Assembly: GCA_032718475.1 (NCBI GenBank)
Contig: JAUCBJ010004537.1
Coordinates: 1 to 64,000, forward strand
From: Nemertoderma westbladi
Taxonomy: Eukaryota > Animalia > Xenacoelomorpha
Reading direction: 5' to 3'
DNA length: 64,000 nt
Numbering within the stretch: position 1 is the first letter of the stretch; each line of letters opens with the position of its first letter. Made by a program: the position numbers and the translations under genes. Shown piece by piece: positions 54,001 through 64,000 of this stretch. The notes beneath the pieces are model-generated. The model made no database searches. It was not told the origin of the DNA and was given only the letters and a program-made list of their open reading frames with translations.

Positions 54001-57000
54001 ATTGTATTGAACCCGATTTGTTATTGAACCCGAGTTGGTATTGAACCCGAGTTGTTATTGAACAAGTTGGTATTGAACCCGAGTTGGTATTGTATTGAAC
54101 CCGATTTGTTATTGAACCCGAGTTGGTATTGAACCCGAGTTGTTATTGAACCCGAGTTGTTATTGAACCCGAGTTGTTATTGAACCCGAGTTGTTATTGA
54201 ACCCGAGTTGGTATGGAACCCGAGTTGTTATTGAACCCGATTTGTTATTGAACCCGATTTGTTCTTGAACCCGAGTTGTTATTGAACCCGAGTTGTTATT
54301 GAACCCGTGTTGTTATTGAACCCGAATTGTTATTGAACCCGAGTTGTTATTGAGCCCGAGTTGGTATTGAACCCGAGTTGGTATTGAACCCGAGTTGTTA
54401 TTGAACAAGAGTTGTTATTGAACCCGAGTTGGTATGGAACCCGAGTTGTTATTGAACCCGATTTGTTATTGAACCCGAGTTGTTATTAAACCCGAGTTGT
54501 TATTGAACCCGAGTTGTTATTGAACCCGAATTGTTATTGAACCCGAGTTGGTATTGAACCCGAGTTGTTATTGAACCCGAGTTGGTATTGATCCCGAGTT
54601 GTTATTGAACCCGAGTTGTTATTGAACCCTAGTTGGTATTGAACCCGAGTTGTTATTGAACCCGATTTGTTATTGAACCCGAGTTGTTATTGAACCCGAA
54701 TTGTTATTGAACCCGAGTTGGTATTGAACCCGAGTTGTTATTGAACCCGAGTTGGTATTGATCCCGAGTTGTTATTGAACCCGAGTTGTTATTGAACCCT
54801 AGTTGGTATTGAACCCGAGTTGGTATTGAACCCGATTTGTTATTGAACCCGAGTTGTTATTGAACCCAAGTTGTTATTGAACCCGCGTTGTTATTGAACC
54901 CGAGTTGTTATTGAACCCAAATTGTTGTTGAACCCGAGTTGGTATTGAACCCGAGTTGTTATTGAACACGAGTTGTTATTGAACCCGAGTTGTTATTGAA
55001 CCCGAGTTGTTATTGAACCCAAATTGTTATTAAACCCGAGTTGGTATTGAACCCGAGTTGTTATTGAACACGAGTTGTTATTGAACCCGAATTGTTATTG
55101 AACCCACCCGAGTTGGTATTGAACCCGAGTTGTTATTGAACCCGAGTTGGTATTGATCCCGAGTTGTTATTGAACCCGAGTTGTTATTGAACCCTAGTTG
55201 GTATTGAACCCGAGTTGGTATTGAACCCGAGTTGTTATTGAACCCGAGTTGTTATTGAACCCGAGTTGTTATTGAACCCGAGTTGTTATTGAACCCGAGT
55301 TGGTATTGAACCCGAGTTGTTATTGAACCCGAGTTGTTATTGAACCCGAGTTTTTATTGAACAAGTTGGTATTGAACCCGAGTTGGTATGGAACCCGAGT
55401 TGTTATTGAACCCGATTTGTTATCGAACCCGAGTTGTTATTGAACCCGAGTTGTTATTGAACCCGAGTTGTTATTGAACCCAAATTGTTATTGAACCCGA
55501 GTTGGTATTGAACCCGAGTTGTTATTGAACAAGAGTTGTTAGTGAACCCGATTTGGTATTGAACCCGAGTTGTTATTGAACCCGAGGTGGTATTGAACCC
55601 GAGTTGGTATTGTATTGAACCAGAGTTGTTATTGAACCCGAGTTGTTATTGAACCCGAGTTGTTATTGAACCCGAGTTGGTATTGTATTGAACCAGAGTT
55701 GTTATTGAACCCGAGTTGTTATTGAACCCGAGTTGTTATTGAACCCGAGTTGTTATTGAACCCGAGTTGTTATTGAACCCTAGTTGGTATTGAACCCGAG
55801 TTGGTATTGAACCCGAGTTATTATTGAACCCGAGTTGTTATTGAACCCGAGTTGTTATTGAACAAGAGTTGGTATTGAACCCGAGTTGTTATTGAACCCG
55901 AGTTGGTATTGATCCCGAGTTGTTATTGAACCCGAGTTGTTATTGAACCCTAGTTGGTATTGAACCCGAGTTGGTATTGAACCCGAGTTGTTATTGAACC
56001 CGAGTTGTTATTGAACCCGAGTTGTTATTGAACCAGAGTTGTTATTGAACCTGAGTTGGTATTGAACCCGAGTTGTTATTGAACCCGAGTTGTTATTGAA
56101 CCCGAGTTTTTATTGAACAAGTTGGTATTGAACCCGAGTTGGTATGGAACCCGAGTTGTTATTGAACCCGATTTGTTATCGAACCCGAGTTGTTATTGAA
56201 CCCGAGTTGTTATTGAACCCGAGTTGTTATTGAACCCAAATTGTTATTGAACCCGAGTTGGTATTGAACCCGAGTTGTTATTGAACAAGAGTTGTTAGTG
56301 AACCCGATTTGGTATTGAACCCGAGTTGTTATTGAACCCGAGGTGGTATTGATCCCGAGTTGTTATTGAACCCGAATTGTTATTGAACCCTAGTTGGTAT
56401 TGAACCCGAGTTGGTATTGAACCCGAGTTGTTATTGAACCCGAGTTGTTATTGAACCCGAGTTGTTATTGAACCCGAGTTGGTATTGAACCCGACTTGTT
56501 ATTGAACCCGAGTTGTTATTGAACACGAGTTGGTACTGAACCCGACTTGTTATTGAACCCGAGTTGTTATTGAACCCGAGTTGGTATTGAACCCGAGTTG
56601 GTATTGAACCCGAGTTGGTATTGAACCCGAGTTGTTATTGAACAAGAGTTGGTATTGAACCCGAGTTGGTATTGAACCCGAGTTGGTATTGAACCCGAGT
56701 TGTTATTGAACCCGAGTTGTTATTGAACCCGAGTTGGTATTGAAACCGAGTTGGTATTGAACACGAATTGTTCAACAAGAGTTGGTATTGAACCCGAGTT
56801 GGTATTGAACCCGAGTTGTTATTGAACCCGAGTTGTTATTGAACCCGAGTTGGTATTGAACCCGAGTTGTTATTGAACCCGAGTTGTTATTGAACCCGAG
56901 TTTTTATTGAACAAGTTGGTATTGAACCCGAGTTGGTATGGAACCCGAGTTGTTATTGAACCCGATTTGTTATCGAACCCGAGTTGTTATTGAACCCGAG

Positions 57001-58231
57001 TTGTTATTGAACCCGAGTTGTTATTGAACCCAAATTGTTATTGAACCCGAGTTGGTATTGAACCCGAGTTGTTATTGAACAAGAGTTGTTAGTGAACCCG
57101 ATTTGGTATTGAACCCGAGTTGTTATTGAACCCGAGGTGGTATTGATCCCGAGTTGTTATTGAACCCGAATTGTTATTGAACCCTAGTTGGTATTGAACC
57201 CGAGTTGGTATTGAACCCGAGTTGTTATTGAACCCGAGTTGTTATTGAACCCGAGTTGTTATTGAACCCGAGTTGGTATTGAACCCGACTTGTTATTGAA
57301 CCCGAGTTGTTATTGAACACGAGTTGGTATTGAACCCGAGTTGGTATTGTATTGAACCAGAGTTGTTATTGAACCCGAGTTGTTATTGAACCCGAGTTGT
57401 TATTGAACCCGAGTTGGTATTGTATTGAACCAGAGTTGTTATTGAACCCGAGTTGTTATTGAACCCGAGTTGTTATTGAACCCGAGTTGTTATTGAACCC
57501 GAGTTGTTATTGAACCCTAGTTGGTATTGAACCCGAGTTGGTATTGAACCCGAGTTATTATTGAACCCGAGTTGTTATTGAACCCGAGTTGTTATTGAAC
57601 AAGAGTTGGTATTGAACCCGAGTTGTTATTGAACCCGAGTTGGTATTGAACCCGAGTTGGTATTGAACCCGAGTTGTTATTGAACAAGAGTTGGTATTGA
57701 ACCCGAGTTGGTATTGAACCCGAGTTGGTATTGAACCCGAGTTGGTATTGAACCCGAGTTGTTATTGAACCCGAGTTGTTATTGAACCCGAGTTGGTATT
57801 GAAACCGAGTTGGTATTGAACACGAATTGTTGAACAAGAGTTGGTATTGAACCCGAGTTGGTATTGAACCCGAGTTGTTATTGAACCCGAGTTGTTATTG
57901 AACCCGAGTTGTTATTGAACCCGAGTTGTTATTGAACCCGAGTTGTTATTGAACCCGAGTTGGTATTGAACAAGAGTTTTGTATTGAACCCGAGTTGTTA
58001 TTGAACCCGAGTTGTTATTGAACCCCAGTTGTTATTGAACCCGAGTTGGTATTGAACCCGAGTTGGTATTGAACCCGAGTTGGTATTGAACCCGAGTTGG
58101 TATTGTATTGAACCCGAGTTGTTATTGAACCCTAGTTGTTATTGAACCCTAGTTGGTATTGAACCCGAGTTGTTATTGAACCCTAGTTGGTATTGATCCC
58201 GAGTTGTTATTGAACGAGTTGGTATTGAACC
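51066..58231 (+). repeat. 17-bp minisatellite GAACCCGAGTTG(T/G)TATT, about 7.2 kb, with 15-bp and 22-bp variants
   Basis: Read directly, with sharp boundaries on both sides. About 420 monomers by length/17. Variants include GAACAAGTTGGTATT (15 bp) and a GTATT insertion (22 bp). Confidence 0.99.
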
Positions 58232-59221
58232 GTGTCAATTAAAGCTAAAAGATATTTGTTCAATCAAATTTAATATGCCGTTCTATTTCATCTCGGCTTA
58301 GTGATTATAATTATTTATAAATTGAGAAATTAAAAGGTTTATAAACGACTCTCTAAACATAGTTATAAAAATTACAGCGGTTTACAAAGCAACTACAAAG
58401 CTTGTTCTTCTCACGTTCGGTAATGTTTAACGTCCAATTGGTTATCTAAAATTGAATAATACCGTCCAGCTATTAATTAGAAAAGAGTTAGTAGTAGGTA
58501 TTCGTTGTTTGTGGAATGTGGAATACCCCAACTATTACAAACAAGGTGCAATAATTTGGAAAACAACTCAACGCTAGGCGTACACATAGTTTTAACATTA
58601 ACATTAACACCATAAAACTTATCCTCAACTAAGTTGTTTCTCTTAAAACATTATGTAAGTGTGAGCCGCCACTTCCATTATAATGATAGTTTTTTGTTTT
58701 AAATGTGAAAAATAACCCTCTTCTATATGGATTGTGTGTTGTGTAGCAAGACTAGGGGCCGTTTATTTCTAGTTATTGTTTAGGCATAAGTGTTTATTTT
58801 TAAAGTGCTACTTTTTAATTCAATCACCTTCGGTGAATTTATTGTATTTGTTATATTTTGTACATCTTTTTGTACGATTGAGTCATTCGTATGTCAATAT
58901 TTTAAGACGCCAAATAAAATTATAACGTTTTAGTCTCTTTATAGATAGATGGCACATTACATTCAAATATTTATCGGCACTGTTGTTGTGAGATTTGGGA
59001 GTGACATAATAATACTATAATACCGGGCAATATCTGGACCAGATAAAATTTTTTATAAATCTCATTGCACAGACGTTTTGGTTTTCAACAGCATAAACCC
59101 ATTATCAATAAATATTACGCACAAATAAACACGAAACAGAAAAATCTAAAAAAATATTTATAAAGACTAACTTAAATTAGTCAGTATTTCTACCGTAACT
59201 ATACTGGGAGCGAGTCGTATT

Positions 59222-59397
59222 AACAAGCGCGAAATCGCGCAAAGGTCCGCGTTTACTAACGCAGCTGAACTGTTTCCCCCCCTTGAATGGCTTACTATCA
59301 ATATTACTACCAAAAAAATTAACAGGGAAGTGGGATTGAACTCGGTACCTAGAGATTCCAAGTCCAACTACTTACCAACTTCGCCACTGCGCCGTAT
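59222..59397 (-). mobile_element. tRNA-derived SINE-like element, copy 1
   Basis: Minus strand shows A-box TGGCGAAGTTGG, GGACTTGGAATCTCTAGGTACCG, B-box GTTCAATCC and a tail ending GCGCGATTTCGCGCTTGTT. Colinear with the copy at 59922-60096. Confidence 0.75.
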
Positions 59398-59683
59398 GAA
59401 ACTATAACCTAACTGGAAATAAGGAAGGTCACCGAAATTCGACTTCATTACGAAATACTACTGAGTCAGCAGGTACACTACTTTAGACTATATAGTAAGT
59501 CGCACTTAGCAATTCCTGTTGGAATACACATACAATATTATTCTAGTGTTACAAATTCCAATTTCTGACAAACAACAGTTTCATAGTACTGTATTGTTTT
59601 TCTATCCAAAACAAAATACGACGTTGTTACCAATTGAGGGAAACTATAATAATACAATGATATATATAGGGGGTCACAGCACT

Positions 59684-59707
59684 GGGGGGGGGGGGGGGGG
59701 GGGGGGG
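59684..59707 (+). repeat. Poly-G tract (G24)
   Basis: Read directly. A shorter G13 lies at 48525-48537. Exact homopolymer length is assembly-sensitive. Confidence 0.9.
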
Positions 59708-59921
59708 TGTTAACAGGAATTGTCGGGGGAGTGTGGTAACAGAAAAACACAAGAAGCCTTGCTATTATAAAACTTCAAAGGACCCTAAACACCCAGTTCA
59801 GTTATATTATCTTCGAAACATCTTTAGTCATCATCACCGTATAGCAATGGTCCTAATAACTTGACCTAAATTAAGTTGTTGTTGTTATTAATTTCCCCTT
59901 TGGTTTTGGTATTAAGGCTTT

Positions 59922-60096
59922 ATACGGCCCCAGCCCAGTGGCCCAGTTGGCAAAGCGTGGGACTTGGAATCTCTAGGTACCGTGTTCAATCCCCCATTCC
60001 GGTGAATGTGTTTTGTTGTAAGATTGATAGTAAGACATTCAATGAGACAATTCATGCGTTAGTAGACGCGGAACTTTGCGCGATTTCGCGCTTGTT
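59922..60096 (+). mobile_element. tRNA-derived SINE-like element, copy 2
   Basis: A-box TGGCCCAGTTGG (59939-59950), B-box GTTCAATCC (59984-59992), and the same body and 3' double-hairpin tail as copy 1, in the opposite orientation. Confidence 0.75.
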
Positions 60097-61364
60097 TTTT
60101 AATTTTTTACTTTGGTGTCGTCTAGTTGTTTGTTTGTGTTTATTATTTATTGATAATGAGTTTATTACTATTGAACCAGAACGTCTTCTGCGCAACGATA
60201 GTTATAGAATATTTTCTCTTGCCCCAATTCATTGTCCTTATAGTTTATTCGATTCCTCCCTTCCTCTCCTCTTTCTTATACTCAGGAGTCCTATAAGTTA
60301 TAATAATAAGTTTATTTAATTAATTCAGCAAGTTAAGGTGAAAAATCTTGTCGGTCGGTATTGTTACAGCATAGCAGTATACACAAAAAAGCAATCGTGA
60401 CTTATAGATAGGTATTGGACGCAATCAGTATTCAGTTGACTGCAATTAGTCGATCGGTAGGTTTCGAACCACACAAAGTGGCTTTCTAAAGAGCTCAAGC
60501 CGGAAAACTAATTTATACTTTGTGTAATGCTGTACTGCACCCAACCCACCTACCGTAAGGTTTTTTTTTACCTAACCTTAACTTGTTTGATATTTATTAA
60601 TATATTCATTATAGAAATACCCCGGGCATTGTATTTTTCGTTATAGAGACTCAACTTACTCGCTTATTCGTTTTCAACGTACTTAGGCACTGGTGTACTT
60701 TTAAATTAAATGTATTTATTTTGATGTTAATTAATTTATGTTTGTTAGACCTTCTATTCTTACGGACTACGTTCAGACGTTTTTTTGCCAGTGTATTAGA
60801 GATCAACCATTGTTTTCGTGACATAATAATGCCAACCCATATCGAATTATTTTTACTGTAACAAGTTATGAATGTTGTCTTTTTGTTTAACTACTATTTT
60901 ATTTCACTACAAATGGCCAATTAAATTACAAAAAAAACTAACTGAACTTTCACTAAAAAAATTCTCAATTAACAATTTTCTAAAATGTATCCATTCAACT
61001 TAAAAATTAACTTAACAAGATAATATCAAAATTATTGACTTATTTTTTTATATATTTTACACCTAAAGTATTACAATATAATGTGAGTTAGTCGATGTTT
61101 TCCAATTGACAAAATAAGAGATTGTTATTCGGACAGTGATAACGAATTAGGTCATATTATATGGAACAATTATTCCGAAAAATTATTATCCCTCACATGT
61201 TCTTGTGGGTGAGTGTTTTTATATTAGACCCTATATCCGTGTTTTGTTGATTTAATTGGCTTGATGCATCGAGACGCAGCGATTTTAATGCGACGGTTGG
61301 TGTGCTTAATATTTAGAGAGTTTCCTTGGTAATATGACGTCGCCTAAGTTTAGAAGTTGATAAT

Positions 61365-61421
61365 TATTTGGTGTTTATTATTTGGATATTTGGTGTTTAT
61401 TATTTGGATATTTGGTGTTTA
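61365..61421 (+). repeat. 22-bp tandem repeat TATTTGGTGTTTATTATTTGGA, about 2.6 copies
   Basis: Read directly. Confidence 0.9.
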
Positions 61422-62812
61422 GTATAGGAGCAATTAAATTTCTGGAGAAAGAGAAGATTCATGATTGTCTTCGATAAAACCGTCATTGAGAGGTCATAAA
61501 AATTATATGAAATAATATCAGTTTTATAGGGCGGGTGATTTAAAACGGACGCAGTTATTTGAAGCTAAAGGCTTATTAGTATCCAGAGATAACATATAAT
61601 ATAAGTCCTCTTCTGAAACAAGGCAACCAATCAAAATGTCGTCCTCATATCTCAGATAAAAAATTCGATTTAAGAAAAATAGTCGTACCGATTCCAATTC
61701 CCCCACAATTCCTTCGGTTATTTAAATAAAATGGACCAACTTTATCGTCTCTACCTTTTGTTTACAGGTTGCTATGCAACCATTGCTTTTTCTCCAGATA
61801 TTTAAGAATGGGTGATTATTACAATTAATTTAATTTATGGTGTTATTATATCAACTCAAACAAAACTCCACCTAGCGGCCTAGGAGCGCATACAATATAT
61901 AGTGCGAGTCTACTGCCATTACCGCCCTAGCTAGTACCTTATATTTAATTTATACAGTTCCAGTATTTATAGTTTCCACCTCTTTTTAAGTGTCAATTTC
62001 GCATTAATTTTTGGCTTTAGATATTTGAACTCGTCAAACTCGTGCTAATAAACAGTAGATGTTATCGTCATAGAAATGATTTTATTTTGAATTTACCGCC
62101 AAAAGACCCCCATTTCAGCTTTAACAGTTACAAAGCGTCGTACGCAGTGAATTGCTGATAGAGTCGTTGATAAAGTGAATTGTTGATCAACATTTCTAAG
62201 CATTAATAACTTTAAATTGTTTTCAGGGTCCGTCTACCATTCATTGGAAGCAGAACACGGGTTATAACGTTTTTTTTTATACAAACATTCACACCCCAAC
62301 ATGTTAGTTCAAAATAGGTCTGAGTGTGTCAGCATGATGCAAAAAGTCGTAGATGAGGATGTCGACTTTCGCTTTCGCAAACTCCCACAGCCCTTCCACT
62401 GTCGTCCCATAGTTGCAACGGGATGACGGAGAGTGATACTTGGTTTAATATAATCAGGATGACACATAGTAGGCCTACTGCTATAGGCTCCCGGTTCAGA
62501 TAGTACAGTAGTATGGTACCAATACTTTAACTTTATCTGATTTCAGGCTTGTTCAGCTATGATCATTCAGTGTAACACCAGAATTTATATTACCGGTACC
62601 GGTAACCTAAACATATTACTGTCTGACTGTAGTATTGTATTACTGGGTGTTCATAAAAATTAATAATTTTTCATTTTGGAATAGGCTGATAGGGCCTAAC
62701 AGAGTTTTAGGCCTAGGTACTATAATTTTTCATATCCTCTGAAAGCTAAAACCCTAACTTAAACTTTGGCATAAGTTTTAAATTACCGGTACAGGTGCGT
62801 CTGTTCGTACGA

Positions 62813-63079
62813 CAGGTTGGAATTCATGCTGCAAAACTCGGACGCGTACCTGCGCGAATGATTGCGAACCAGATGCGCGTTGCGCGTTCGGGTGAGACAG
62901 GTGCGCGTTGCGCCTCAGCCTGCCTCAGCGCGCAGCTCTGACGCGCACCCAGGTTGGAATTCATGCTGCAAAACTCGGACGCGTACCTGCGCGAATGATT
63001 GCGAACCAGATGCGCGTTCGGGTGAGACAGGTGCGCGTTGCGCCTCAGCCTGCCTCAGCGCGCAGCTCTGACGCGCACC
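62813..63079 (+). repeat. CpG-rich tandem duplication: 137 bp (62813-62949) plus 130 bp (62950-63079)
   Basis: Both copies start CAGGTTGGAATTCATGCTGC and end GACGCGCACC. They appear identical except for an extra GCGCGTT (7 bp) in copy 1. Confidence 0.95.
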
Positions 63080-64000
63080 ACAAATTAATTGAAATCACGA
63101 AAATACACATAAAAATTTCGCTCGCTTCGCTCGTGTTTATTTATCATTGTCCATTCTCAGATTCTCAATTTCTCTCTGTAATTTAACTTACCATAATACT
63201 GTAATACCGGAGCTGAAAATTTGTCAATTTATTTTAACTACTATCAGACTATTGTTATTATGTTACGTTAGTAAACAGGCTGACAGTGACAGGTTAACTC
63301 AGAAAGTAACAATGCATTAAGTACCGGTATGACTTAATTATATAGTGCCTAAGCAAGGTTTACTAAATAACAGGTCATGCAGCGAGCGGATTCCTGAAAT
63401 TAGCGTGGGCCGATCGTTTCCCTATTTATGACACTATTTTCATAATATTTTCTTAGAAACCTATCTTATGCAACTTTGGTTAGGTGAATATGATAACTAG
63501 GGGGTTCATAGAAATGTAATAAAATGTCTTTCTGAAATTTTTATCTTGTAATTGCCAAGGTAACCGCGTGCAAAGTTCAAATTTCGAGCACCTGTAATTC
63601 AAGGCGACAAGGGATTCTGTTCTTGAGATTTGGTATAGGCAGATAGGGGCCTATGAGTAAAGAGAATAAAAATGTATCAAAATATTTTACATTAAAATTT
63701 TTTTTCAATCCCGTTTCCACGGTCAGACGGTGGCGGGAATTACGATAATTTACCATTATGACCGCCAGATAGAAATTGTGCTACTATTTCAGTATTTACT
63801 ACTTATATAATTTTCAACATGCATGCCTGGTGGCTGTCCTTTATTTCTAATAATTGCTAACCAAAATTTAATATTCTGGAATGTCAAAATCGAACACAGG
63901 TCTTGCTCTTTGATTGGACAGTTTAGTTTATTGGCAAATATTGACTTTTAGAAATATGATTCACAATTGACGAATTATAAAATAAAATGTTGGCAATTTT

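Noticed and set aside
57592-57837. 81-aa ORF in the 17-bp array
   Set aside because: Repeat translation.
59222-60096. Functional tRNA genes
   Set aside because: A and B boxes are present, but the anticodon stem pairs poorly and both copies share a non-tRNA tail, so they are SINE-like. The overlapping ORFs 59167-59367 and 59876-60319 are incidental.
62300-62440. Moderately GC-rich block that is open on the minus strand (...RCNYGTTVEGLWEFAKAKVDILIYDFLHH...) and nearby acceptor-like sites
   Set aside because: Short, no recognisable homology and no consistent exon chain. It needs RNA-seq or TBLASTN before being called.
62862-63186. ORFs over the 137/130-bp duplication
   Set aside because: GC-rich, stop-poor repeat giving open frames by chance.

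Overview
Eukaryotic, repeat-dominated DNA, probably from an invertebrate animal (inference from the element types). There are no prokaryotic genes or CRISPR. Bases 1-45,887 are one satellite array of related 38-, 30-, 32- and 26-bp monomers with nested higher-order duplications, and divergence rises toward its right edge. A few bp past that edge is a 2,384-bp DNA transposon with both ends intact (5'-TAG...CTA-3', TTA target-site duplication, degenerate TIRs of about 290 bp). It carries an uninterrupted XPG/PIN-like nuclease plus 9-Cys CXC ORF and is best read as an internally deleted AcademX derivative. Downstream lie a GC-rich possible terminal exon, a 7.2-kb 17-bp minisatellite, an inverted pair of tRNA-headed SINE-like elements and a CpG-rich 137/130-bp tandem duplication. 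Nearly all listed ORFs are satellite artefacts. The best leads are the transposase-less Academ nuclease cassette at the satellite border, the 5' splice-site motifs in each 38-mer, and the Pol III B-box-like 17-mer. Their functional readings are hypotheses, not established systems.
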